In this document: piece by piece, positions 39,589 to 50,838 of the stretch | How the letters are laid out: each line of letters starts with the position of its first letter | Position numbering within the stretch: the stretch's first letter is position 1 | NCBI GenBank assembly: GCA_963664325.2 | Contig: CAXXDQ010000007.1 | Location: 288,001 to 352,000 of the forward strand | DNA: 64,000 nucleotides | Source of the DNA: Desulfomonilia bacterium | GTDB taxonomy: Bacteria > Desulfobacterota > Desulfomonilia > UBA1062 | Direction of reading: 5' to 3' | Program-made: the position numbers and the translations under genes | The notes under the pieces: model-generated | Database searches by the model: none | What the model saw: the letters and a program-made list of their open reading frames with translations, nothing else | What the model was told of the DNA's origin: nothing

Positions 39589-41055
39589 CTACTGATGCTG
39601 AACCTCTTTCATTATCTGTGCATAGAACTGGATCATCTTTATATAGCTTTCAACCGGCGTACGTTCATTCGATGAATGTTCGGAATCTATCTCCTCGTCG
39701 GTAAGATATAGAGGCAGAAAGCCATAGACATCCGGAGTCAGATCTTTGTAAAACCTTGAATCCGATCCGCCGTTGTTTATGTAGGGCGAGAATACCAGAT
39801 CACGGTTATCTTTAAGAATCTGACATGTTGTTTTGACGATCAACCTATAGGCTGGCGAAGTAACGCTTGAGATGGGAGTCGGATCGTTTTTTACAGGTCT
39901 GGAAGAGATTTTCACCCTAGGGTCATCAATTACCTTTCTGGTCCTTGCGATCACCGAATCCATTGTGTCGCCCGGTTTGATCCTGAAGTTAACCGTTGCA
40001 CTGACCCTCTGGGGAAGGACATTCTCGGCGACGCCACCTTCAAGCATCGTTATTGCCGTTGTCGTTCTCTGCATGGAATCCATGAACGGGTCTCCCGACA
40101 GTATCGACTTTACCAGGGGGCCGGTCAGCCATGTGTTGTTGAGAACAAAGCTCAGGTAAGCGGGCATCTGGGGCGTCAATGGAGTTATCATGGTTTTAAC
40201 GGCCTTCAGGTCAGCAGGAAACTGGTTTTCCTCAAGCCTGATTATGGCCCTTGCAAGTATGGCGGCAGGCCCGTGCTGGCCGGGTACGGACGAATGGCCT
40301 CCCTTGTCTTCGACAACAAGATCCAGGGTCAGATAGCCTTTTTCCCCGATTGCAATGCCTGCTATCGGGCATCTAACGCCTATATCGGGAAATCCGTCAG
40401 TCTTTACCGCCCCGCCCTCATCAATGACAAACTCGGGGCTGACACCCTCGTTTTTAAGACGTTCGACAATCTTTGCAGCCCCGCCATATCCGCTGGTCTC
40501 CTCATCATAACCGAAACCCAGATAAATGGTACGGTCCGGTTTTAATCCCTCTTTCAAAAGTGTTTCCACCGATTCAAGCAGACCGGTCAAACAGGCCTTG
40601 TCATCCTGAGACCCTCTCCCCCATACAAAACCTTCTGCGGCTTTTCCGCTGAATGGGGGATATTTCCAGGTACTTTCAGTACCCCGTTCGACTGGCACTA
40701 CATCCATATGGGCAATGAAGATTCCAGGCTTTAATGCCGGGTTGCTCCCCTGCCATTTGAACAGGAGCGCATATTTGTTGATCACTTCAAGCTTCAGGTT
40801 GGCGTTTACCAGCGGGAACGCGCTTTTCATCCAATTTTGCATGTCTATGAAAGGCTGCGCATCGAATGCCTTGCCTTCTTCAGGCGAAATTGTTTTGAAT
40901 TGAACAGCCTCGCTCAGGTGTTTTATCGCAAGGTCTTTATCTACCTTTACCGTGTCGACCTTCGGATATTCCTCAACTTTTGCCGTATGGGCACAGCCTG
41001 CAATCAGTAAAGCCGCCAATAACGTCAAAAAGATATTTCCAACCGTATTTTTCAT
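39589..41055 (-). CDS. M20 family peptidase/amidohydrolase lipoprotein (PM20D1/CpS-like)
   Basis: Lipobox IAGC; AHMDVVP, GRGSQDDK, DEE, DEGG, GGHSS, HSSNER. Confidence 0.9.
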   Translation of the reverse strand: MKNTVGNIFLTLLAALLIAGCAHTAKVEEYPKVDTVKVDKDLAIKHLSEAVQFKTISPEEGKAFDAQPFIDMQNWMKSAFPLVNANLKLEVINKYALLFKWQGSNPALKPGIFIAHMDVVPVERGTESTWKYPPFSGKAAEGFVWGRGSQDDKACLTGLLESVETLLKEGLKPDRTIYLGFGYDEETSGYGGAAKIVERLKNEGVSPEFVIDEGGAVKTDGFPDIGVRCPIAGIAIGEKGYLTLDLVVEDKGGHSSVPGQHGPAAILARAIIRLEENQFPADLKAVKTMITPLTPQMPAYLSFVLNNTWLTGPLVKSILSGDPFMDSMQRTTTAITMLEGGVAENVLPQRVSATVNFRIKPGDTMDSVIARTRKVIDDPRVKISSRPVKNDPTPISSVTSPAYRLIVKTTCQILKDNRDLVFSPYINNGGSDSRFYKDLTPDVYGFLPLYLTDEEIDSEHSSNERTPVESYIKMIQFYAQIMKEVQHQ

Positions 41056-41085
41056 ATTGAATCCTCCAAAATTATTAAAAACGAT

Positions 41086-41844
41086 TTATATTACTTTTGC
41101 AAGAAACGACTTTATACGCGGATGTTCCATTCTCACGGAGAAAATATCATCAGGATGCCCCTCGAATATGAAGCGGCCGTTATCCATGAATATCACCCTG
41201 TCGGCAAGCTCCCTTGCAAAACCCATCTGATGCGTCACTATCAGCATGGTCATCCCGTCTTCGGCCAGGCCGTGTATAGTGTTCAACACCTCACCGACAA
41301 GCTCGGGGTCCAGAGCCGAGGTCGGCTCGTCAAAAAGCATTATCATGGGCTGCATGGCCAATGCCCTTGCAATTGCCACGCGCTGTTTCTGCCCTCCAGA
41401 GAGGAACGCCGGGTATGCATTCTCCTTGTCAAGCAATCCGACCTTGCCGAGCAGTCCGAGTGCGTTTTTCCTTGCATCTGTCCTGTTCACCTTTTTGACC
41501 GTCACCGGGCCTTCCATGACGTTTTCAATTACGGTCATATGCGGGAACAGGTGAAAATGCTGAAATACCATTCCTATTTCCGAACGCAGCCTGCAGATGT
41601 TTTCCTGCCTGTCAAAAACAAGCTTTCCGCGCTTGTCAATTTTATATCCTGCTTCCCTTCCGTTCAGAAATATCTTCCCGTCATCAATTTTTTCCAGGAA
41701 ATTGATCATCCTTAACAGTGTCGATTTCCCGGAGCCTGAAGGGCCTATGATTACTATCTTCTCACCCCTGTCTATATTCAGGCTTACATTATCTACGGCC
41801 GTAACAGTGCCGAAGCGCTTGACGACATTTCTGAGCTCAATCAT
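41086..41844 (-). CDS. Polar amino acid ABC transporter ATP-binding protein
   Basis: [35 protein letters not shown]. Confidence 0.95.
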   Translation of the reverse strand: MIELRNVVKRFGTVTAVDNVSLNIDRGEKIVIIGPSGSGKSTLLRMINFLEKIDDGKIFLNGREAGYKIDKRGKLVFDRQENICRLRSEIGMVFQHFHLFPHMTVIENVMEGPVTVKKVNRTDARKNALGLLGKVGLLDKENAYPAFLSGGQKQRVAIARALAMQPMIMLFDEPTSALDPELVGEVLNTIHGLAEDGMTMLIVTHQMGFARELADRVIFMDNGRFIFEGHPDDIFSVRMEHPRIKSFLAKVI

Positions 41845-42878
41845 CGGTTTTCATAGACCCCCAGCCTGTCTTCGATCCTTTTAAAAATAAGGGTGAAGAT
41901 GCTCGTCATGATAAGATAGATGATGGCAGCCTGAATGAGAATGAAGATGTTGAATGTCGCATTGAAAATCTGGTCCGCGGAACGCATAAGTTCAACCATT
42001 GCAATAGTCGAGACAAGCGCAGTATCCTTGATCAGCGCAATAAATTCGTTTCCGACCGGGGGTACGAGCCGCTTGTATGTCTGAGGTATGATGATCCGCC
42101 TCATGGCCTGCGGGTATGTCATGCCGATTGATTTTGCCGCCTCCATCTGTCCGGGATCGATGCTCTCGATTGCTCCCCTTATTATTTCGGCCAGGTAGGC
42201 CGAATAATTGATCCCTAGTCCCAATGCCGCCGCCGTAAAAGGTTTCAGCGTGATCCCCAGCTGCGGCAGTCCGTAATAGATGAAAAACAGCTGGAGCAGC
42301 AGGGGGGTTCCCCTGAATATCCATATATAAAGCCAGCAGGCATATGAAACGGGTCTCATCCGGCTGATCCGGCCCAGTGCCGTGAAAAGCCCTCCGAGAG
42401 GCGATATCAACATGGTCATGAAAACCAGGATCAATGTCATTGCCGACGCCTTCAGCAAGGTCGGCAGATAAGTTTTCATGTCTTTTAAAAACTTGAGCCA
42501 TCTGGGCATGCTGGCCGCATCGATCTGTGACATGAGATTGTTTGCTTCAATGTTATCGGGATAAAGACGCATCACTTCCCGGCAGACATCAGCTGATTTT
42601 GAATATTCCTCACGGCTGAAATATATCTTGGCCGCTTCCATTCTTGCACGGACATAGGTCCCGGGTTCTTCACTATCACGGGGTGCAGGAACAGCCTTGA
42701 AAAATTCCAGCGCTTTATCGAGCCTGCCTTCCTGCTGGGCCTTTGTCCCCTCTCCCAGCAGTTCACCGGGAGTCGGGGCAGCATATGCATGAATTGAAAG
42801 AAGGCAAAGAACTATTAATAAAGCAAAAGGCGTGAAAGATATCACGCCCTGATAATTACCTCTTTGTCGTGATGTCAT
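41841..42878 (-). CDS. Polar amino acid ABC permease with an N-terminal TPR-like extension
   Basis: [35 protein letters not shown]; N-terminal signal + helical repeats. Confidence 0.9.
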   Translation of the reverse strand: MTSRQRGNYQGVISFTPFALLIVLCLLSIHAYAAPTPGELLGEGTKAQQEGRLDKALEFFKAVPAPRDSEEPGTYVRARMEAAKIYFSREEYSKSADVCREVMRLYPDNIEANNLMSQIDAASMPRWLKFLKDMKTYLPTLLKASAMTLILVFMTMLISPLGGLFTALGRISRMRPVSYACWLYIWIFRGTPLLLQLFFIYYGLPQLGITLKPFTAAALGLGINYSAYLAEIIRGAIESIDPGQMEAAKSIGMTYPQAMRRIIIPQTYKRLVPPVGNEFIALIKDTALVSTIAMVELMRSADQIFNATFNIFILIQAAIIYLIMTSIFTLIFKRIEDRLGVYENR

Positions 42879-43650
42879 CCCCGAACCATTTTATCGAAAG
42901 CTTTTTCATCGTCCCGTCTGCAAACATACCATCGAGTGTTTTCTGTATTTGATTTCTGAGCGCCAGATCCGGTTTTCTGAAACCTATTCCGATAGGTTCC
43001 GAAGTAAGGGGCTCCGGCAGGATTGTATATTCACCGGGACGCTGTGAAAGATAGTACCGTCCGACAAGTTCATCAACGGCAAGGGCTTCAATCCTGCCGA
43101 TCTTCAGGTCCATAAAGGCCGAAGTGTTCTTGTCGTAGCGTTTGACTTCCTTGAATTTTTTATTCAGCTTCTTTAATGCCTCTTCGGAAGTGCTCCCCAG
43201 CTGCACGCCAACGACATTCTTTTCACTCAAATCCTTGACGCTCTTGATTTTTTTGTTTCCCGCTTTTACAACCATGATCTGTTTTTCCAGGATGTATGGC
43301 CTTGAAAATGAAATTTCTTTTTCCCTTTCACGGGTAACCGACATCCCCGACCATATGATGTCGAACTTGCCTACCTTGAGTGACATGATAACACCTTCCC
43401 ATGCCGTCGGGAGATGTGTAACCCTGATGCCGAGACGCTTTCCCAGTTCTTTTGAGGCATCTATGTCAAACCCGACAAGTTCGTTTTTATCGTTGCGGAA
43501 TTCCATGGGGGGGAAGGAATCATCAATCCCGATAACGATTTCCCCCTTTGTCTTGACCTTGTTCCATGAATTGTCGGCTGCCTGAATGTTTCCCGAGACA
43601 ATCACAAATACGAAAAAGCTGAAGACCGTGATTGCAATCTTTTTATTCAT
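42856..43650 (-). CDS. Polar amino acid ABC substrate-binding protein
   Basis: DDSFPPMEF, GFDID, GVQLGS, SIKWFG. Confidence 0.92.
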   Translation of the reverse strand: MNKKIAITVFSFFVFVIVSGNIQAADNSWNKVKTKGEIVIGIDDSFPPMEFRNDKNELVGFDIDASKELGKRLGIRVTHLPTAWEGVIMSLKVGKFDIIWSGMSVTREREKEISFSRPYILEKQIMVVKAGNKKIKSVKDLSEKNVVGVQLGSTSEEALKKLNKKFKEVKRYDKNTSAFMDLKIGRIEALAVDELVGRYYLSQRPGEYTILPEPLTSEPIGIGFRKPDLALRNQIQKTLDGMFADGTMKKLSIKWFGDDITTKR

Positions 43651-43849
43651 AAAGATTTCCCCCTCGATTTAGTATCAGTCGTTCATAAAACAATTATTAT
43701 TTCTTTTCAATATATTGAGCAAGATGCCTGCAATGCAGTGCATTCAAGGATGCGGTTATGTCCATCAACATACAGGGGTTCATCCCCGCGAACTGCCCGG
43801 CAACATAATGGGTGTCCATCCTTATTTTTCCGTCCCTTCCAGTTTCATA

Positions 43850-44746
43850 TCACTTAATTCTCCCGTCCATCCTCAGTTTATCGATGATGGATTGAATCTG
43901 AGGAAGGGCTGCCTGGGCGGCTTTTTCGCCTTCGAGTATTGCTTCGCCCCTTTTTTCTATCTCAGCCGAACCTATCTGGCCTACCTTCGGCCTGATAACG
44001 ACATCGGCATTTTTAAGCTGATACGTGGATATTTTAGCATACATTATATCTATTGCCTGCAGGATTATATCCATAATTCCTTGAGGGACCGAATCCGCAA
44101 CACCACCCGATATGTCGACTGCTATTACAACATCCGCGCCTATCCTCCTGGCAGCATCCACCGCAACTGGACTTACGACGCCTCCATCTACATAAGTCCT
44201 GCCTGAAATCCTGACTGGCTGGAAAATACCGGGGATAGACGAGCTTGCCCTGACGGCCTTCCCTGCATTTCCAGACCCGAAAACAACCTCCTCGCCTGTT
44301 ACAAGGTCAGTAGAAACCGCATAAAATTTTATCTTGAACTTTTCAATAGGCGTATTGCCAAGAGATCCGTTGACAAAATTCTCAAGCTTTTCACCTTTTA
44401 TAAAACCGTTCTGGGGAATCGTCAGATCTACCACGTCGCTTTTTTCAACTTTCATTGCCAGAGCCTGGAGGTCATAGGCATTATACCCATAAGCATAAAA
44501 AGCCCCAGCAACACTGCCTGCACTTGTACCTATAATAAAATTAATCGGTATTTTATTTGCCTCCAGGACCTTCATTACCCCGATGTGCGCAAATCCCTTT
44601 GCGGCGCCTGCACCAAGGACAAGGGCAACTTTCGCAGGTTTCGGAGGAGTGACCTCCACCTTGACGGGAGTCTCTTTAAGTGCACAGGCGGAAATCAGAA
44701 CCATAACCATGCATAAGATCAAACCTGCAATCTTTTCCTTTTTCAT
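43850..44746 (-). CDS. Patatin-like phospholipase lipoprotein
   Basis: Lipobox ISAC; GAGAAKG, GTSAG, DGG. Confidence 0.9.
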   Translation of the reverse strand: MKKEKIAGLILCMVMVLISACALKETPVKVEVTPPKPAKVALVLGAGAAKGFAHIGVMKVLEANKIPINFIIGTSAGSVAGAFYAYGYNAYDLQALAMKVEKSDVVDLTIPQNGFIKGEKLENFVNGSLGNTPIEKFKIKFYAVSTDLVTGEEVVFGSGNAGKAVRASSSIPGIFQPVRISGRTYVDGGVVSPVAVDAARRIGADVVIAVDISGGVADSVPQGIMDIILQAIDIMYAKISTYQLKNADVVIRPKVGQIGSAEIEKRGEAILEGEKAAQAALPQIQSIIDKLRMDGRIK

Positions 44747-44761
44747 ATCGTATAACCCTCC

Positions 44762-45829
44762 TTATTCTGCAGCATATGCAGCGGCTCTGTCCCCGACCTC
44801 GCTTGTCGTTATGCCCATCTGTCCTGCATACTGCGATTTCATATCTCGCGATATGACCTTTTTGATTGCGTTTTCCATTCTGGCCGCTGCCTTCTCCTCT
44901 CCAAGAGTCTTCATCATCATCTGCGCGGCGCCAATTGCCGCAAGCGGGTTGATTGAATTCTTGCCGGTCCACATCGGAGCCGTACCCCCTATCGGCTCAA
45001 ACAGGCTTACACCCATGGGATTGATGTTACCCCCGGCAGCAATGCCGAGCCCGCCCTGGGTTATGGCACCCAGATCGGTGATTATATCTCCGAACATGTT
45101 TTCAGTAACAATGACGTCAAACATCTCGGGACTGGAGACCATATAAAGGCATGTCGCATCCACATGGTAATATTCACGCTTTATATCGGGATATTCCATG
45201 TCACCCATCTCACTGAACACCCTGTTCCAGAGGCCAAATACATTTGTCAGGACATTGGATTTCCCAACAAGCGCCAGGGTGTTGCGTTTGGAGTGTTTCC
45301 TCGTATATTCGAATGCATATCTCAGGCATCTTTCAACCTGGAAGTAGCTGTAGACCATTTCCTCAACGGCTATTTCCTGTCTGGTTCCCTTCAGGCAAAC
45401 GCCTCCCATACCTGAATAGAGGCCGCCGGAATTCTCTCTTACAACTACATAATCGATATCGGCAGGCCCTTTGTTCTTGATCGGTGTTTCAACATTGGGA
45501 TAAAGTTTTACGGGTCTTAAATTTATGTACTGATCGAGCCCGAACCTTAATTTTAGCAGAATCCCTTTTTCGAGAATCCCCGGTTTAACGTCAGGATGAC
45601 CTATCGCCCCAAGATAAATGGCATCGAATTTCTTGAGTTCATCGAGTGTACTTTCAGGAAGAGTTTCACCGGACTTCAAATATCTCTCTCCACCGAAATC
45701 ATAATTTGTGAAATTGATTTTAAGGCCTTCGACCATGGTAACGGCATTGAGAACCTTGACACCTTCCGCAATGACTTCGGGGCCTGTCCCGTCACCGGGG
45801 ATCACGGCAATATTGTATGATTTCAGCAT
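44762..45829 (-). CDS. leuB: 3-isopropylmalate dehydrogenase
   Basis: PGDGTGPEV, NLRP, VRENS, NMFGDI, FEPIGGTAP. Confidence 0.85.
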   Translation of the reverse strand: MLKSYNIAVIPGDGTGPEVIAEGVKVLNAVTMVEGLKINFTNYDFGGERYLKSGETLPESTLDELKKFDAIYLGAIGHPDVKPGILEKGILLKLRFGLDQYINLRPVKLYPNVETPIKNKGPADIDYVVVRENSGGLYSGMGGVCLKGTRQEIAVEEMVYSYFQVERCLRYAFEYTRKHSKRNTLALVGKSNVLTNVFGLWNRVFSEMGDMEYPDIKREYYHVDATCLYMVSSPEMFDVIVTENMFGDIITDLGAITQGGLGIAAGGNINPMGVSLFEPIGGTAPMWTGKNSINPLAAIGAAQMMMKTLGEEKAAARMENAIKKVISRDMKSQYAGQMGITTSEVGDRAAAYAAE

Positions 45830-45921
45830 GAATTCTCCTTCTGGTTTCCGGTAATGAGAAAATGATTCTGCAAAATGCTGATACTCGAAAACCTCTTGAA
45901 ATTACTTTAATGGGCTATGCT

Positions 45922-46605
45922 TCATCTTGGATAATTGTCAAGATAACTTTGAATATACTTTTTCACTCTTTCCCCAGGCGAGAATATTCCGAAATGGCCT
46001 TCACACAATATATCCGCCTCAAGCCGGAGAACCTTTCCCATGGATTCCCGCCATTTTAAAATGTCAGAATCGAAGTCAGGATGGAACGGCCCGTGAATAT
46101 CCTGGCCGAAAAGTATTCTCTGCCCGGCCTCATCAATATAAACTACAATCGAACCCGGAGTATGACCCGGGGTATGAAGCCAGTTGATCTTTCTGTCACC
46201 TATTTCAATCATTCCATCAGGCCCTTCAAGCCTGACGTCAACCCTGGTCCCGGGCAGCCTGACACCATACCAGTTTGATGCTGTTTTTTTAGGATCACCG
46301 GATTCGATTGCATCCGAATCAAGGCTGTGCGCCAACACTCTGGCCTGATATTTTTCCTTGAAAAATGTGGCTGCGCCGATGTGGTCGACATGACAGTGCG
46401 TAAGTATCAAAGTTTTTATTTTGGAAACATTCAGGCCGGTTTCTTCAATATTCTCGATTATGAAACCGGCGCTTTTGCCTGCCCCGCAGTCGATCATGCA
46501 GAGTTCACTGCCGCAGTCTACTATAAAAACCGATGCGTCCTCGGGGTTTGAAATATCAGACCCGCCGACCATGTAGATGCCCTGTGAAATTTTTTCCGAT
46601 TCCAT
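45922..46605 (-). CDS. Metallo-beta-lactamase fold hydrolase
   Basis: THCHVDHIG, TPGHTPG, EGH. Confidence 0.9.
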   Translation of the reverse strand: MESEKISQGIYMVGGSDISNPEDASVFIVDCGSELCMIDCGAGKSAGFIIENIEETGLNVSKIKTLILTHCHVDHIGAATFFKEKYQARVLAHSLDSDAIESGDPKKTASNWYGVRLPGTRVDVRLEGPDGMIEIGDRKINWLHTPGHTPGSIVVYIDEAGQRILFGQDIHGPFHPDFDSDILKWRESMGKVLRLEADILCEGHFGIFSPGERVKKYIQSYLDNYPR

Positions 46606-46616
46606 GACCTGTACGC

Positions 46617-46646
46617 AAAAGGGAGGCTTTCACGCCCCCCTTGTTT
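46617..46646 (-). terminator. Probable terminator after the S8 gene
   Basis: AAGGGGGGCG-TGAAA-GCCTCCCTTTT on the minus strand. Confidence 0.5.
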
Positions 46647-46650
46647 ATCC

Positions 46651-49600
46651 CTAAAGACTTACAGCTGAATTAACAAAGCACAACCCTGAAGAACCGCCGC
46701 CTCCCCCACTGTCAGAAGAAGCCTCTCCCGCCGCCTTGATCTGCTCCTTTGTCATCGGCCCGCCTTCAAGCATCAGCTGGCTTGTATTGCCTGCTTCATC
46801 TTTTGCAATAACCGCATAGTAGGCAAAATCATTTGGCATGTTTACATAGACAAGCTGATTGCCTGCCGCCGGATTTGCTATTGTTTTCAATACGGTAGCC
46901 TCATTGAAGTTACTGACATTTATCGGAGAAGAATATCCCAGAACCTTTATTTCCTTAGCCCTTCCATTTAAACCGTCATCACCGGGGCACCTGAAGGTCA
47001 GACCATCGCTTGTCCATTCGTATTCGGTTATGCCTGCCGGCGCCACCGCGTCATAGCCAAGATTCGAGGTATTCATGTTATCATGCCCGAAGGTAGGCCA
47101 CGTCTGAGGCTTTCCATTGCTTCCAGCCGTATATTTGCCTTCGGTGTCCCATATGAATATTCCGCCTTCCCTTGTGACTGCGGCGACTTCATTTTTGCCG
47201 TCATTGTCAATATCAGCAACAGCAGGCGTCATCATTATCCAGCCTGCAGTCAGTTTCGGAAACACGCCCCTGTCAAGACCATCCGCGCCGATTGCATGGA
47301 GAAGGTAAAGCCCCGAACCCGTAAGAACCTCATTGACGCCGTCACCGTCAACATCAGCGATTGCAGGCTCCGCATAAAGCGAGAAATCATCAATCGGTCT
47401 CGGGAAAGCATCTTCGAAACTGCCGGATTTTGAGTCCCATACCTGCATGACATGGTTGAACGGGAAGTTCTGTCCGGCTATGAACAGATTGAGTGCCCCG
47501 AAAAGAGAAAGCCCTCCCTGTGCGATCTCTATGTTGTCGTCCCTGTCCAGATTTCCCAAAGCGACGCTGCTGAAAAGGTTTAGAGAAACCGATTTGTCAT
47601 CAAGATATTCTTTCGCTTTGCTTCCCATGGGTGCACGCTTCATTTTGTTCAATATTTTTCCGTCACCGTCAATGATGGCTGTCTGGGATGATGTCGCGCA
47701 TGCAACAATCTCATCCGCTTTGTCATTGTCATAATCAAACGCCGCAGGTTTGGTTGATGGCCCGAGGAAGGGCAGTATATCGGGAAGCAGCGCTTTCAGG
47801 CTAACAGGCCAGCCTGTTACAAATGACCTTTTGCTGAAATTGTAATCCCTCCCTCCATCACTGTAATCCCCGTTGCCCGCACCCTGGATTGCATAAACAA
47901 GGCAGTCTTTTCCTGCCACATTTGTTATCGTATCAAGAGTTGAAGCCAGAAGCGTACCTCCGGGCTGGCTTGTGCTTGAGCCCGCCAGAACACTTTGGCC
48001 AAGCATCGCACTGCGGACATTATTTATGAGTGATTTCTGTTCGCTTGTTGTAACAGGCGTATCATCACCAGCTCCGACGACCTCGTTTGTCGCTACGACC
48101 AGTTCGGGTTTTCCATCCCCGTTGAGATCGGCTATACAGGGCGAATATATGATTTTCTGGCCGGATTTTTCATATGCCCTTGCATAAACAGGCCATCCCG
48201 GGCACATCCTGCCGTATTTATCCCATGCATATATTCTCTGGTCACCGGCCGCTACTATGATTTCCTTGAACCCGTCGTTATTGATATCAAAAAGAACAGG
48301 CGGTGCCATGGCGCCCGGAGAAATCGGATTTTCAGTACTGTTGCTGTTTTCATAACCTGGGTAATCGGGGTCATGATCGGCGTTGTGCACCTTTCCCTGC
48401 AGAACATCCAGTTTGAAGTTTGCGCTTATGTCGAACTTCATCGGGGGCCTGTCTGGATCGAGATAGAAACAGTAGACCGTCCCGCCGGCAACATCGACAA
48501 TCTCTTTGACTCCGTCATTGTCGATATCCGCAATTGCCGGCGTTACAAATGAAGGCCTGTAAACCGGCAGACGTCCAAGCGACCTGTACATGTCTGAACG
48601 GATATATTCAATATCGACCTTTCCATTACCGGCAAAATTGATTTCGTCGGCCGCAAATTCGATTTTCCTGCCCTTGTATGTAAACGGAGAGCCGTCATGC
48701 CTGTATATCAGTATCCTGCCGTCCGATGTGGCGATAATGACTTCTTTGAGGTTGTCTCCATCAAGGTCTTCCAGCCTGGGCGCGGATTCCCCTCCTACGC
48801 CCAAGAATTTGGGCCATCCTGCATGAAGGTCCTTGTCTTCGCACATGAAGAACGCCCTGCGGTCTTCGGCAAGCACTTTATCTTTCCTGGGATTATTCGG
48901 GTCTGTTCCCATGACCCTGAGCCTGATTGTGAACATGTGCCTGTTGGCCTGGATGCTGGCGCTTCCCCTGTAAGTCGTGTCAGGCTCCTTCGAATACCAG
49001 CCCATGTCAAGACCTGAGGGCATAACTTTCTGCCTGATGTCTGCAAGGCTGATCGGCCCGCCGAAGTCGATATCTTCACCCTGAGATGATCCTTTTCTTA
49101 TTTCCTGAAAAGCACTGTTGTCGGGTTCAACACCATATCCTGATTCGATTACCCAAGATTTTGCGGAAGTATCTGCAAAGAGAATATCCCCCTTCAGCTC
49201 AAGGAGGTCCTTCCTGGGATCAAGATACTGCGACCACTGAGGCGCGGTTATCCTTGCGACAGGCGGTATCTTCCCGTCATTCAGCATCTTGACAGCCCAA
49301 TACAGATTTACCCTTCCGTAACCGAAATGCTGGTCCCAGCCGACCTGAGACGGATCAGGTGTTCCCGTGCCCTGTGTATCTTCAGGCACAACATCCTCGG
49401 CAGACATTGTCAGTAGCTGTTTTATCTGGTCAGGATGGACAGGCATGCCGCTGCCGTAGCTGAACTGCTTTTGGATTTCCTTATTTTCGAGCATGCGCCT
49501 TGCATGCGATATCAGAAGCCCTCCTGCACCTGATGACAGGGCCGTGGAGTGTGAACCGGAACTTACCTCAAAGGAAATATGGTTTTTGGCGCCGAACTGA

Positions 49601-50838
49601 CACAAACCCGAATTTCTGAACCATGTGTTCACACCTGAAAGGGGAACTCCTTCAATATATGTGTCAGGTACGACCCCTGTGCAGTATATGGGTTCATTAA
49701 GGTACGTCGGCCAGTTGTGGTTTGCGCTGTTTATGTCGGAAGAAACCATGAATACTGCCATGCCTTTTTTGTAGGCATACTCGACCGCATCTCTGCATAA
49801 CCCGGAATTGCTCAACCCGCCGAGCGCCCCTTCAATTACATGGGCTCCATTGAAGGCTGCATAAAATACCGCCTGTCCGTAATAATTTGTATCCTGGACA
49901 AAGGAATCCCAGGTCTTGAGAGGCATTATCATGCAATTGGGACAAGCCCCTATTTCATCTATCGATTCGGGATCGTCGAAAAATTCCCCGCCTGCCGCAA
50001 GGGACTGGCCCGTACCATGATACAGGGCAGTACTGGTATAGCTGGACACATCATCGGCGTCATTGTCGCCTGCGAAGAAATCCCAGCCGCAGATATCATC
50101 CGCATAGCCGTTCAGGTCATCATCAATTCCGTCACTGAAAGCCCTGATGAGGTGCTGGGGGGTGTACGGGAGGTCTGGTATCGTTCCGTTGAACGACCCC
50201 TTGCCGTGTTTTTCTTCATAATCCCTGATAAAATTGAACTCATAGTGACTCTTGTCTTCCTGATAGTATTTATTGCGTGCATCAATGATCTTATCAAGCA
50301 CATCATCAGTTAACTGGGGATTAATTTTCTTCATTTCCTGATAGCTTTTGATCGCATCCACATAATCCTGCATGTTGAAGACGCCGTCATTGTTGTAATC
50401 GAATACAGGGTTTCCATCATTGTCTCTGGAAGGAGGATAGTTTTTAAGCTCGCCCCTGTTAAGATAAAACTTGTTGACCAGCCCCGGTTTGTACCACTGT
50501 ACACCGGTATCGATTATTGCGATTATGGTCCTTGGATCGCCGGTCTCGATAGTCCAGGCCTTGTCAACCGAGGAGCCGGCCGGAACAGTTTTACCTTTCA
50601 TTGAATTTCCATCCGGATCCCTGACATAATCGGTTTTATATTTTTGGGAAGCGCCGAATGAATCGCTTGTCAGCCAGTACTGGTCGCCTATAATTTTTTT
50701 GAAACCGTCATTAAAACCTTTTCCGATGTCATTGGGATCAACCAGATAATAGATGATATTCTTTGTTTCAGGAAATGATGCGAATACTATCCCGGATGCC
50801 GTTATCAAAAATACTGTTACTACGATCAATCTCCTCAT
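46651..50838 (-). CDS. Large secreted S8 subtilase-like protein with FG-GAP repeats and a CFI-box-like C-terminus
   Basis: IAIIDTG, HGT, GWDQHFGYGRVN, many ADxDGDGxxE repeats, GGGGGSSGLCFVNSAVSL. Confidence 0.8.
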   Translation of the reverse strand: MRRLIVVTVFLITASGIVFASFPETKNIIYYLVDPNDIGKGFNDGFKKIIGDQYWLTSDSFGASQKYKTDYVRDPDGNSMKGKTVPAGSSVDKAWTIETGDPRTIIAIIDTGVQWYKPGLVNKFYLNRGELKNYPPSRDNDGNPVFDYNNDGVFNMQDYVDAIKSYQEMKKINPQLTDDVLDKIIDARNKYYQEDKSHYEFNFIRDYEEKHGKGSFNGTIPDLPYTPQHLIRAFSDGIDDDLNGYADDICGWDFFAGDNDADDVSSYTSTALYHGTGQSLAAGGEFFDDPESIDEIGACPNCMIMPLKTWDSFVQDTNYYGQAVFYAAFNGAHVIEGALGGLSNSGLCRDAVEYAYKKGMAVFMVSSDINSANHNWPTYLNEPIYCTGVVPDTYIEGVPLSGVNTWFRNSGLCQFGAKNHISFEVSSGSHSTALSSGAGGLLISHARRMLENKEIQKQFSYGSGMPVHPDQIKQLLTMSAEDVVPEDTQGTGTPDPSQVGWDQHFGYGRVNLYWAVKMLNDGKIPPVARITAPQWSQYLDPRKDLLELKGDILFADTSAKSWVIESGYGVEPDNSAFQEIRKGSSQGEDIDFGGPISLADIRQKVMPSGLDMGWYSKEPDTTYRGSASIQANRHMFTIRLRVMGTDPNNPRKDKVLAEDRRAFFMCEDKDLHAGWPKFLGVGGESAPRLEDLDGDNLKEVIIATSDGRILIYRHDGSPFTYKGRKIEFAADEINFAGNGKVDIEYIRSDMYRSLGRLPVYRPSFVTPAIADIDNDGVKEIVDVAGGTVYCFYLDPDRPPMKFDISANFKLDVLQGKVHNADHDPDYPGYENSNSTENPISPGAMAPPVLFDINNDGFKEIIVAAGDQRIYAWDKYGRMCPGWPVYARAYEKSGQKIIYSPCIADLNGDGKPELVVATNEVVGAGDDTPVTTSEQKSLINNVRSAMLGQSVLAGSSTSQPGGTLLASTLDTITNVAGKDCLVYAIQGAGNGDYSDGGRDYNFSKRSFVTGWPVSLKALLPDILPFLGPSTKPAAFDYDNDKADEIVACATSSQTAIIDGDGKILNKMKRAPMGSKAKEYLDDKSVSLNLFSSVALGNLDRDDNIEIAQGGLSLFGALNLFIAGQNFPFNHVMQVWDSKSGSFEDAFPRPIDDFSLYAEPAIADVDGDGVNEVLTGSGLYLLHAIGADGLDRGVFPKLTAGWIMMTPAVADIDNDGKNEVAAVTREGGIFIWDTEGKYTAGSNGKPQTWPTFGHDNMNTSNLGYDAVAPAGITEYEWTSDGLTFRCPGDDGLNGRAKEIKVLGYSSPINVSNFNEATVLKTIANPAAGNQLVYVNMPNDFAYYAVIAKDEAGNTSQLMLEGGPMTKEQIKAAGEASSDSGGGGGSSGLCFVNSAVSL

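Noticed and set aside
43715-45146. Plus-strand ORFs overlapping patatin/leuB (and similar short overlapping ORFs throughout the track)
   Set aside because: Antisense or alternate-frame shadows of well-supported genes, with no motifs of their own.
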